Shown: positions 47,675 to 56,338 of the stretch, in pieces
How the letters are laid out: each line of letters begins with the position of its first letter
Numbering within the stretch: the stretch's first letter is position 1
Virus record (IMG/VR): IMGVR_UViG_3300042378_000602
Origin: a virus
Length of the DNA: 64,000 nt
Direction: 5' to 3' (one strand)
The notes under the pieces: model-generated
Told to the model about the DNA's origin: nothing
Databases searched by the model: none
The model's input: the letters and a program-made list of their open reading frames with translations, nothing else
Position numbers and translations under genes: made by a program

Positions 47675-48922
47675 ATGAAGACAAAAAAACCGAGTGCGAT
47701 AGTTTATAATTGGTACAAACAGGGTGAGGAATTATTACAAACTTCAATTTATTCTGAAGAAGGGCTTTGGGAAGAAATCATGGTTTATTCTTTACCTTAC
47801 ACAGATAATGTGGCCGAAGATTATTCCAAGTATAGACCTGATATTATTGTTTCGATTGGGACTCACGTGAATGTACCTCATTATCAATTACAACAAATTT
47901 ATGTTTTCATAGAAAATCCTTTGGGTGATTATGATTTGGCTAACACGATATGTAAGGAAGCTATTTACAAAAACCTTACATACCATAGACCACGATTTTC
48001 GGTCTTCACACCAGCATATAAGACTTATGAAAGAATTAAAAGAACTTATGAGAGTCTGAGGTCTCAAGTTTGGACTAATTGGGAATGGGTCGTAGTAGAC
48101 GATTCGCCTGACGAAATAACATGGAACCTATTGAAAGAAATTTCTTCGAAAGACTACAGGGTTAAAATTCATCGTATTTACCCGTTATCGGGTGGTAATG
48201 TAGGTTTGGCCAAACATAGAGCAGCTATGTTATGTGATGGTGATTGGTTGGTCGAGTTGGACCATGATGATACTTTGACCACAGAGTGTTTATCCACTTG
48301 TAATGATGCCATCATCAAATATCCTGATGCAGGATTTTTATATACGGATGTTTGTGAATTATATGAGGATGGTGAGATGAAATCTTATGACCATGATTGG
48401 ACAGGTGGTTGGTATGCAAGACATGATAATTTTTTTGATTTTGGTTATGCTGGTCACACTTGGGTTGAAGTAGATGGTAGAAAAATTTTGGCACACTGGT
48501 ACCCTGATATAAATCCATTATCAATAAGGTTCAATATATCCATGCCCGACCACGTGAGAATGTGGGAAAGAAACCTATATCACAAAATAGGTGGACACAA
48601 TAAACTTACTCCTGTTGCGGATGATTTGGAGATTATAATAAGAAGTTTTTTACATACACGGTTTATTCACGTAAAACGTGTCCTATATTTGCAATGGAAT
48701 AATCGTAACAGTACGGTTGATAATAATGCTCAAGATATAAATCGAAGAGCAAGAATTATTAGAGACTTTTATGATAAAGCAATCCACGAAAGAATTTTAT
48801 CCTTGGGATTCAAAGATTGGAATTGGGATGAAGAAAAACAAGAATCACAAAGATTCCAAAATCACGTGGCAATAAAAAAATATTTCGAAGAAGAAGAAGT
48901 AATGAATTACATTTATGAATAA
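47675..48922 (+). CDS. glycosyltransferase family 2
   Basis: GT-A N-terminal signature SVFTPAYKTYERIKRTYESLRSQ..WEWVVVDDSPDE and DxD (LDHDDT). Confidence 0.75.
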   Translation: MKTKKPSAIVYNWYKQGEELLQTSIYSEEGLWEEIMVYSLPYTDNVAEDYSKYRPDIIVSIGTHVNVPHYQLQQIYVFIENPLGDYDLANTICKEAIYKNLTYHRPRFSVFTPAYKTYERIKRTYESLRSQVWTNWEWVVVDDSPDEITWNLLKEISSKDYRVKIHRIYPLSGGNVGLAKHRAAMLCDGDWLVELDHDDTLTTECLSTCNDAIIKYPDAGFLYTDVCELYEDGEMKSYDHDWTGGWYARHDNFFDFGYAGHTWVEVDGRKILAHWYPDINPLSIRFNISMPDHVRMWERNLYHKIGGHNKLTPVADDLEIIIRSFLHTRFIHVKRVLYLQWNNRNSTVDNNAQDINRRARIIRDFYDKAIHERILSLGFKDWNWDEEKQESQRFQNHVAIKKYFEEEEVMNYIYE

Positions 48923-50078
48923 CAAACCAAAAATCTGTATGAACGCGATGGTAGGCAATGAAGCCAAAACCATCACAAGAATGTTAGAATCTGTTGCTCC
49001 ACACATTTCTTATTGGGTAATCCAATGTAATGGAAAAGAGGATAACACGAAAGAAATCATCGAGAAATTTTTTAATGAAAGAGGTATTCCTGGATTCACA
49101 TATGAGATAGATTGGAACTATCCAGGTTGGAATAGAAACCATACACTCCAAAGAGCCCTTCAAGCAAATCATGGTTGTGATTGGATTTTGAGAATGGATG
49201 CGGACGAAAGATTACAAATTGATGAAGATTTCGATTGGAATATTCTTTCTGACACCACTATTGATAGCTTCAATGTACCCGCATCTGCTGCAGATATAAA
49301 GTATTTCAGAACTTGGTTATGGAATGCTAAGTTACCATGGTTTTTTGCGGATGATAAACGTCACGAAACAATACATTTACCTGAAATCGGAGAAAGTTTT
49401 GTAAGAATAAATCTACCTTTCAGTTTTCGTCATTTAGTTTCCCAAGATGGAGAAACATGGCATGTTCCTCGTAAATTTCTGAGAGACGCTTTAGAATTGG
49501 AAATTGATAAAGTTGTTGGTAATAAAGTTAAAGATGACCCATATCATTTATGGTATATAGCTAAAAGTTATGCAGATTGTTATGGTAATCCTGATGAACT
49601 TCCATTTGGAAGACTTCACTCCGAAGAGTATGCTCGAAGAAGTATTTGGTATTACAATAGGTTTTTAGAACAAGTTCACGATTGGCATAATCAAAAAACC
49701 GCCACTCGTTTTGATGAAATGGCATACTTCGCATTCATCATGATGGGACAAGCCCTTCAATTTTTGGGTCAATTAGAAGATGCAATTCAACACTATTATT
49801 GGGCTGGACAATTTGCTCCAATGAGAAACGAACATTATATATATTTGAATTTCCTACTTCAAAGTTTGAATCGTAATGAAGAATTACTGAGAAATTTGGA
49901 TTATATGTTGTCTTCAGACAGAGTAAATCCTTGGCCAGGTTCTTCATTTTTGATTGAAACCAGAGCTTATTACGATACAAGTGATTTCTTGGTAAATTGG
50001 AAAAACGAAATAACCCAAAAATTGTCCGCTCCAACCGTATCAAATGATAGTTTTAGATTCGACCCGTCTCAATTTTGA
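48915..50078 (+). CDS. GT-A-fold glycosyltransferase-like protein with C-terminal helical repeat region
   Basis: ILRMDADERL (DxD) after an N-terminal Rossmann-like segment; start overlaps upstream stop. Confidence 0.5.
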   Translation: MNNKPKICMNAMVGNEAKTITRMLESVAPHISYWVIQCNGKEDNTKEIIEKFFNERGIPGFTYEIDWNYPGWNRNHTLQRALQANHGCDWILRMDADERLQIDEDFDWNILSDTTIDSFNVPASAADIKYFRTWLWNAKLPWFFADDKRHETIHLPEIGESFVRINLPFSFRHLVSQDGETWHVPRKFLRDALELEIDKVVGNKVKDDPYHLWYIAKSYADCYGNPDELPFGRLHSEEYARRSIWYYNRFLEQVHDWHNQKTATRFDEMAYFAFIMMGQALQFLGQLEDAIQHYYWAGQFAPMRNEHYIYLNFLLQSLNRNEELLRNLDYMLSSDRVNPWPGSSFLIETRAYYDTSDFLVNWKNEITQKLSAPTVSNDSFRFDPSQF

Positions 50079-51162
50079 TTATATAATTGTCGGTGCAGGA
50101 CCTTTCGGATGTGTTTGTGCTCACGAACTTACTCAGAAAGGAAAAAAGTGTCTCGTTGTCGACAAGAGATGGACCGTAGGTGGTAATTGTTATACTGAAA
50201 ATGACGGTGGTATTCACGTTCACAAATACGGTGCCCATATTTTCCATACAAACGACAAAAAGTTATGGGACTACGTGAACAAATTTGCTGAGTTTCGTCA
50301 ATACACTCATAATGTAATTGCCGACTTCAAAGGAGAAAGGTATACACTCCCATTCAACATGTGGACCTTTAACCAACTTTGGAAAATCAATGACCCTGAG
50401 TTGGCTAAGGCTAAGTTGGAACAAACAAAGTACAATGGTATGATTTCTAACCTTGAAGAGCAGGCGGTTTCGATGGTTGGGAACGAAATTTATCAAAAAC
50501 TTATAAAAGGGTATACAGAAAAACAGTGGAACAGAGATTGTAAAGATTTACCTCCTTCTATTATCAAAAGAATACCTGTAAGGTTCAGTTGGGATAGTAA
50601 TTACTTTGATGACAAATATACAGGTATGCCTATCGGCGGATATACACAAATATTCGAAAAAATGTTAGAGGGCGTAGAGGTTAGGTTAGGTATAGATTTT
50701 TTTGATTATCAACACAATTTAGAAAAACAAACACAGAAAATAATTTATACTGGACCAATAGATAGATTCTTTGATTACAAATTCGGAAAACTTGAATATA
50801 GAAGTTTGAAGTGGAGTACAACACGATTGGATATAAATAATTTTCAAGGTATACCTGTTGTGAACTATACAGATAGAGAAACTCCATACACTAGAATTCT
50901 TGAACATAAGTGGTTTGACCCACAAAATCAAAAGGGAACAATTATAAGTTATGAGTTTCCCACTGATTATGATGGGGACAACGAACCTTACTATCCAATC
51001 AGGGATGAAAAAAATACCTCAATTTTCGAGAAATATAATAACTTGGCCAAGTTGGAGAATAAGTATATATTTGGTGGTCGATTAGCATCCTATGTTTATT
51101 ATGACATGCATCAAGTAATTGCTCAAGCTCTAAAACTAACAAATGAACTCTCAAATTCTTGA
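50044..51162 (+). CDS. glf: UDP-galactopyranose mutase
   Basis: DYIIVGAGPFGCVCAHEL..KKCLVVDKRWTVGGNCYTE..GIHVHKYGAHIFHTND matches the Glf N-terminus. Confidence 0.9.
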   Translation: MIVLDSTRLNFDYIIVGAGPFGCVCAHELTQKGKKCLVVDKRWTVGGNCYTENDGGIHVHKYGAHIFHTNDKKLWDYVNKFAEFRQYTHNVIADFKGERYTLPFNMWTFNQLWKINDPELAKAKLEQTKYNGMISNLEEQAVSMVGNEIYQKLIKGYTEKQWNRDCKDLPPSIIKRIPVRFSWDSNYFDDKYTGMPIGGYTQIFEKMLEGVEVRLGIDFFDYQHNLEKQTQKIIYTGPIDRFFDYKFGKLEYRSLKWSTTRLDINNFQGIPVVNYTDRETPYTRILEHKWFDPQNQKGTIISYEFPTDYDGDNEPYYPIRDEKNTSIFEKYNNLAKLENKYIFGGRLASYVYYDMHQVIAQALKLTNELSNS

Positions 51163-51346
51163 AAATTTCAAAAAGGGTTTATACCATTATTACCCGAGTA
51201 TGGAAAAACTTTATCAATTAGATTTTGTTTATGTAGACAACCTCAAAGGTAACCCAATTTTCAAAATAACCTCGGACAATTTACCCAACGGACTTACAAA
51301 TGTTATTCAAAAGTTTGCTAAATTGTATCAGATTGAAATAGTTTGA
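51143..51346 (+). CDS. hypothetical protein
   Basis: small ORF. Confidence 0.3.
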   Translation: MNSQILENFKKGLYHYYPSMEKLYQLDFVYVDNLKGNPIFKITSDNLPNGLTNVIQKFAKLYQIEIV

Positions 51347-51359
51347 ATATTTATTATCG

Positions 51360-51758
51360 GTGAAAGTTAAACTCAAAAATACAGATAATCTCGTTCCAAG
51401 TAATGATTTGGAAACAATTAAAATTTTTCTGAAGTTTCTACAGTCTGAAATGGCATTGGAAAAACCTATAACAATAGTTTTATCTAATCAAAGAAAAGGT
51501 GAAATGACCACAGGGGTCAGAAAGAACGATGAAATAATAGTCTTAGCATCAAACAGACTTCTGATAGATATTCTAAGAACAATTTCACATGAATGGATAC
51601 ATGAGTATCAATTCCAAAAAATGGGATTATCAGAAAAAGATGTTATTAAAGATATAGGTGGACCCGAAGAGAACATGGCAAACACAATTGCAGGTGTTCA
51701 TATAAAGAAATTCGCTAAGAAATTTCCGAGTCTTAAACCTAGTATGTACGGGGAATAA
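51360..51758 (+). CDS. hypothetical protein with HExxH motif (GTG start)
   Basis: ISHEWIHEYQF; ATATTTATT at 51347-51355 upstream. Confidence 0.4.
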   Translation: MKVKLKNTDNLVPSNDLETIKIFLKFLQSEMALEKPITIVLSNQRKGEMTTGVRKNDEIIVLASNRLLIDILRTISHEWIHEYQFQKMGLSEKDVIKDIGGPEENMANTIAGVHIKKFAKKFPSLKPSMYGE

Positions 51759-52127
51759 TCAGCAGTTTATTTCTGCTTCAACATCCAACAAAGTCATTCC
51801 GAAGAAAGGTTTGTTACTATCAATAGAAACAGGAGACCTTTTTTCCCAAGGTTCAAAACCTGTACCCTTATGGGGAACTCCGCAACAATCTACATAGAAA
51901 AAGTCTTGAGGGGCTGGTTGAAATTGTGCTAATTGACAATTTATAGGTAGAGGTTTTTCAGGCATTTCACCAGGGATATCAATTTCAATTGGTAGTTCTT
52001 GTTCAATCGGTTCATTGATTATAGGTTCCTGAATTTCACTTTTTTTATTTTTGTTTTTCAGACTAAAAATAACCACCCAAAGAATTACTGAGGCGAAGGC
52101 GACGATAAGTGTAGTTTGTAGTATCAT
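51759..52127 (-). CDS. membrane-anchored hypothetical protein
   Basis: N-terminal TM then Pro/Cys-rich ectodomain. Confidence 0.45.
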   Translation of the reverse strand: MILQTTLIVAFASVILWVVIFSLKNKNKKSEIQEPIINEPIEQELPIEIDIPGEMPEKPLPINCQLAQFQPAPQDFFYVDCCGVPHKGTGFEPWEKRSPVSIDSNKPFFGMTLLDVEAEINC

Positions 52128-52196
52128 AACTTATAATTTGATAATAAATAGTATCATTACCTCAGATAATTACTGAAACCATTAGTATTTATAGTT

Positions 52197-52991
52197 ATGA
52201 ATTTAGTTTTAGAACAAGAATTACTGAAAATCAGAGAGATAATGCTCTCAGAGGAAAATGTTCGTAAACACGGGTTGGAAAAACTCGATGAGACCATTAA
52301 AGCCTTACAAAAAAAAGAAAAAGTTTTATTACTTAGTTGTTCAAACAGATACAATTGGGACGAGAACAAAATTGACATTCCCAAATCAAGGATATTGGCA
52401 GAGTATATTGCCAAAGAATTAGGTGACAAAGCTAAATTCATAGATGTAACTGAACTGAAAATTCACCCTTGTGAGGGTAATGTTTCAAGAAAAGAGGGTA
52501 ATTCTTGTGGGATAGCCAAGGCAGAACTAAAAGACAAGAAAAAAAATCCAACGGGTAACCATAGATGTTGGGCTTCTATAAATTTTAAGTATGATGAGCT
52601 TTGGAAAATATCTAAAGAACTATTTGAATCCGATTGTGTTATATTTTTCTCCTCAGTGAGATGGGGTTCTGCAAATATGTTTTATCAAAATTTAATTGAA
52701 AGACTCACTTGGATTCAGAACAGACACACAACTTTGGGGGAGAAAAATGTTGTGAAGGGTATTGAAAGCGGAATGATTTCCGTGGGACAAAATTTCAACG
52801 GTGAAGGAGTAATAGAACTACAAAAAGAGATACATAGATTTTATGGTTTTGATATAAACAATAAACTCTATTGGAACTGGCAATATACAGAAAGTGTCAA
52901 TGATGAGAGTCAAAAGTCCTACAAAGATGCTTTTGGTGCTTTTGTAAAAGATTTTGATATCAAAGATTTCACAGATGAAATTGAATCCTGA
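52197..52991 (+). CDS. hypothetical protein
   Basis: ORF; GTATTTATA at 52185-52193. Confidence 0.5.
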   Translation: MNLVLEQELLKIREIMLSEENVRKHGLEKLDETIKALQKKEKVLLLSCSNRYNWDENKIDIPKSRILAEYIAKELGDKAKFIDVTELKIHPCEGNVSRKEGNSCGIAKAELKDKKKNPTGNHRCWASINFKYDELWKISKELFESDCVIFFSSVRWGSANMFYQNLIERLTWIQNRHTTLGEKNVVKGIESGMISVGQNFNGEGVIELQKEIHRFYGFDINNKLYWNWQYTESVNDESQKSYKDAFGAFVKDFDIKDFTDEIES

Positions 52992-53547
52992 TTTTATTCC
53001 TCACGAAGATTTTCACAAAGGATTATGGTTAAAAACCAAAAAATGTCCTTGGTTCTTTTTTTATGAAACACCAAGGGAGTTTACAATTCCGAACAACGAA
53101 TCATTTTACAATACCGTAGACGATGATTTGAAACTTTTGGTTGAATTTTTACACCGAAATAATATACCTACTACGCCATCTTGTTCGGGTCACATTCATG
53201 ATGACAATCACAACTCTCAATTGTTCGAGTCTATAAAGAATATTTCCAAAGATTTGGAAACAGGTTTAACTTTCAACGACCCTGAAAACAAACGAAAGTT
53301 TTTTTATAAAAATAAAAGTTTCAAATTACCTTGGGAGAAAAATCAATTCATAGATAATATAACTGAATACCAAGGTAAAGGGGTTTTAGGTTTCATCGAT
53401 AAGAATAACAAATTAAAAAAAGTTTCAAAAATGTTACCTATACAAAAAAAGGGTAATGTTAGTCTGATTATGACAGATAATGATTCTCAAAAAGCAATCA
53501 CAAAAAATTGGAAAGAAATTACTGAGATAATAAAAAATAGTTTATAA
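52954..53547 (+). CDS. hypothetical protein
   Basis: ORF. Confidence 0.45.
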   Translation: MISKISQMKLNPDFIPHEDFHKGLWLKTKKCPWFFFYETPREFTIPNNESFYNTVDDDLKLLVEFLHRNNIPTTPSCSGHIHDDNHNSQLFESIKNISKDLETGLTFNDPENKRKFFYKNKSFKLPWEKNQFIDNITEYQGKGVLGFIDKNNKLKKVSKMLPIQKKGNVSLIMTDNDSQKAITKNWKEITEIIKNSL

Positions 53548-53556
53548 TTTTTTTAC

Positions 53557-53564
53557 TATCTTTG
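53557..53564 (+). promoter_or_regulatory. Bacteroidetes-type -7 element TATCTTTG
   Basis: 5 nt upstream of ATG 53570 (leaderless-type arrangement); no clear -33. Confidence 0.4.
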
Positions 53565-53569
53565 TAGAT

Positions 53570-53887
53570 ATGTCAACTCTACGTTCAGAACTATCCATTA
53601 GCTCAAGAACCACAGGATTTGCATCTCCTGCGGAATCTTATGTAGACAAACGTCTTGACCTGAATGACCTAATCATTCAGGACGTGCACACAACCTTTTA
53701 TTTTCAATATAAAGGTCCAAACACACTTGGAGTAAGGACAGGAAATATCCTCGTTATTGACCGTTCTATTGAGCCACACGAAGGAGATTTAGTTATTATC
53801 ACCGAGAAGGAATGTTTTAAGATTAGAAAATACGAAGGACAATCAAATGTTTGGGGAAGAGTAAATTGGATTTTAAATAAACTATAA
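53570..53887 (+). CDS. umuD: UmuD'-like SOS mutagenesis accessory protein, lacking catalytic Ser
   Basis: GFASPAESYVDKRLDLNDLIIQ...GNILVIDRSIEPHEGDLVII aligns to E. coli UmuD GFPSPAADYVEQRIDLNQLLIQ...[20 protein letters not shown]; GDSM serine replaced (GPNT). Confidence 0.6.
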   Translation: MSTLRSELSISSRTTGFASPAESYVDKRLDLNDLIIQDVHTTFYFQYKGPNTLGVRTGNILVIDRSIEPHEGDLVIITEKECFKIRKYEGQSNVWGRVNWILNKL

Positions 53888-53890
53888 TTT

Positions 53891-54109
53891 ATGATTGAAA
53901 TTTTGGGATGGGTTGCCACCTCAGCTGTGTTACTATCTTTTTTCTTTAAAGACATGTTAAAATTGAGAATTGCTAACTCAACGGGTGCAATTTTATGGTT
54001 GATTTATGCGTTACTCAAATCTGACTATCCTTTAATTGCGGTGAATACTGCAGTTCTTTTTGTCCATGGGTATTGGTTCATCTCAAACTATAAAACATGG
54101 AAGAATTAG
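53891..54109 (+). CDS. small membrane protein
   Basis: two TM helices. Confidence 0.35.
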   Translation: MIEILGWVATSAVLLSFFFKDMLKLRIANSTGAILWLIYALLKSDYPLIAVNTAVLFVHGYWFISNYKTWKN

Positions 54110-54309
54110 ATTTACATGGACTACTTCACATAGATGTACCACTCGAAGTTTTGAATTTTTTATACCTTCATCATGAAAGTTTTCCTGTGAAAATCATCAC
54201 AGGTAGGTCAACAAAGATGAATGAAATCGTCGTAGACATTTTAAAAAAAAACGGTTATCATTATGATGTTCCTGCGCACAATCCTGGTGAAATAATTGTA
54301 TTGTATTAA
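54097..54309 (+). CDS. hypothetical protein
   Basis: small ORF between the umuD-like and umuC genes. Confidence 0.35.
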   Translation: MEELDLHGLLHIDVPLEVLNFLYLHHESFPVKIITGRSTKMNEIVVDILKKNGYHYDVPAHNPGEIIVLY

Positions 54310-55515
54310 ATGGAAAAGAAGAAGATAGGGATAGTCGATTGTAACAACTTCTATGTTAGTTGTGAAAGAGTTTTTAATCCCATTTCAATCGGACGACCAA
54401 CAGTTGTGTTATCAAACAACGATGGTTGTGTTATCGCTCGTTCTCAAGAAGCGAAAGACCTTGGAATTAAAATGGGTGAACCATTCTTCCTAAAAAAAGA
54501 TTTCATGGAAGAGCACAGGTTTTGTGTATACTCCTCCAACTATAATCTTTACGGTGATATGTCTGACAGAGTCATGACAATAATAAAAAAGTATGCTACC
54601 GAAGTTGAAGTATATTCTATTGATGAATGTTTTGTTGACTTCTCAAACATACCTGATGATGAATTGATGGATAGACTTTTACTTATTAAAAACGAAGTGA
54701 AAAGATTGGTTGGAATTCCTGTTTCAATCGGTGTTGGTCCAAATAAAACATTGGCAAAACTAACTTCATACATTGCCAAAAAACAAGACTCATATAACGG
54801 AGTATGTTCTTATTGGACTTTACAAAATGTAAGGAATTTACTTTACACAATATCAGCTGATGAGGTTTGGGGAATCGGGAGAAAATGGTATAAGAAGTTG
54901 AAAATGATTGGTGTGGATAGTGTTGGACAATTCGTAATGTTGAACGATGGTCTTGTGAGAAAGATGATGACAGTAAATGGGTTGAAAACAAAAATGGAAT
55001 TACTTGGAATGTATTGCCATCCCGTTCAACCTGTTCCAAAATTGAAAAGAAACGTGGCGTCAACAAGGTCATTTGGAAAAGATATTGATACGTTTGACCA
55101 AATAGCCGAGGCTATGTATTCATACGTAAAAAGTGGTGTTAAAAAGTTGCACGAGAATGGAATATCTCCAAACAGAGCAACCATATTCATTGCGGGTAAT
55201 AAACATAAAGATGAAAAACACTACACCAGTAAACAAATACTATTCCAAAAACAGACAAGAGATGAAAATGAGATATGGTCTCAAATCTATCCACATTTGA
55301 AGAAGATGTTCAAAACAGGAAAAAAATATAAAAAGTGTGGAATCATATTCAATGACCTAATGCCTGAATCAATAGAACAGGGGACACTCTTTTCAAGTTC
55401 GATACAAATAGTTCAACCACCAGCAAACGTAGAAAAAGAATGGGAAATGAGACAAGAGTTCATGTCTCAAAAGTTCACAACCTCTTGGAAAGAAATTCCA
55501 TCAGTATTTGTATAA
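54310..55515 (+). CDS. umuC: Y-family translesion DNA polymerase, UmuC/ImpB-like
   Basis: IGIVDCNNFYVSCERVFNP..RPTVVLSNNDGCVIARSQEAKDLGIKMGEPFF closely matches the UmuC N-terminus. Confidence 0.9.
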   Translation: MEKKKIGIVDCNNFYVSCERVFNPISIGRPTVVLSNNDGCVIARSQEAKDLGIKMGEPFFLKKDFMEEHRFCVYSSNYNLYGDMSDRVMTIIKKYATEVEVYSIDECFVDFSNIPDDELMDRLLLIKNEVKRLVGIPVSIGVGPNKTLAKLTSYIAKKQDSYNGVCSYWTLQNVRNLLYTISADEVWGIGRKWYKKLKMIGVDSVGQFVMLNDGLVRKMMTVNGLKTKMELLGMYCHPVQPVPKLKRNVASTRSFGKDIDTFDQIAEAMYSYVKSGVKKLHENGISPNRATIFIAGNKHKDEKHYTSKQILFQKQTRDENEIWSQIYPHLKKMFKTGKKYKKCGIIFNDLMPESIEQGTLFSSSIQIVQPPANVEKEWEMRQEFMSQKFTTSWKEIPSVFV

Positions 55516-55521
55516 AATCAT

Positions 55522-55529
55522 TATCTTTG
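55522..55529 (+). promoter_or_regulatory. Bacteroidetes-type -7 element TATCTTTG
   Basis: 5 nt upstream of ATG 55534. Confidence 0.4.
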
Positions 55530-55533
55530 TGGT

Positions 55534-55851
55534 ATGCTAAAATATTTGAGATACTACTACTTGAACAAGATTGTGAAAGACCCATATCTTGCTGCAAAAA
55601 TCTACGAGATGATTTACCACAAGGTGAAATTCGATGTAATTCCACCGATTGTGAACAACACCATCAACATGGCTCCCGTTTTGTACGAACAAAATACGTC
55701 CAAAGTTGTCCCTAATAAGATTGACCCAAAAAACCTACAAAAAGGTGAACTTGAAAAAACTTTACTTTACTTAAAGGCTAAAACCCTTAAAACCAAAGAA
55801 GAAAAAGATTCTATCGGTATAATCGAAGCTGTTCTTAAAAATGAAAGATAG
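55534..55851 (+). CDS. hypothetical protein
   Basis: ORF. Confidence 0.4.
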   Translation: MLKYLRYYYLNKIVKDPYLAAKIYEMIYHKVKFDVIPPIVNNTINMAPVLYEQNTSKVVPNKIDPKNLQKGELEKTLLYLKAKTLKTKEEKDSIGIIEAVLKNER

Positions 55852-56026
55852 AGATTTAAGAAATGGTATATTCATTCCTCTGAATGTTGGGGATGTAATT
55901 TACACAGGAAAGTTCAGGAACAAAAAAACCACCGTCAAAACTATTGGTGTAGATGAATATGGTATGCCTACGGTAAACGGTAAAAGGGTTGTAAATTTCA
56001 GGAAAACTCCACCAAAAACAAAGTAG
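55841..56026 (+). CDS. hypothetical protein
   Basis: small ORF. Confidence 0.35.
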   Translation: MKDRDLRNGIFIPLNVGDVIYTGKFRNKKTTVKTIGVDEYGMPTVNGKRVVNFRKTPPKTK

Positions 56027-56044
56027 ACAAGATATTTATTCATA

Positions 56045-56338
56045 ATGAATAAAATACAACAGTCTATTCAAAGAAATTTATTTCTGATACTTGAAGAATC
56101 TGAGAACCTTCAGGGGTGGGGAAATTCTAAAAAACAACTTTCCAAAACCTTCACGTTTGATGATTTTAAAGATTCGATGAAATTTGTGAACAGTGTTGCG
56201 AGAATTGCTGAAAAACAAAATCATCATCCAGATATCACTGTAAATTACAATAAAGTTAAACTTACCATTTCCGACCATGAAAAAGGTAGAGTTTCTGAGA
56301 AATGTATCAAATTTGTAAAGGAAGTTGATAAGTTATGA
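56045..56338 (+). CDS. pterin-4-alpha-carbinolamine dehydratase (PCD/DCoH)
   Basis: NHHPDITVNYNKVKLTISDHE matches the PCD signature [EDKH]-H-H-P-x5-[YW]-x9-H-[DE]. Confidence 0.8.
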   Translation: MNKIQQSIQRNLFLILEESENLQGWGNSKKQLSKTFTFDDFKDSMKFVNSVARIAEKQNHHPDITVNYNKVKLTISDHEKGRVSEKCIKFVKEVDKL

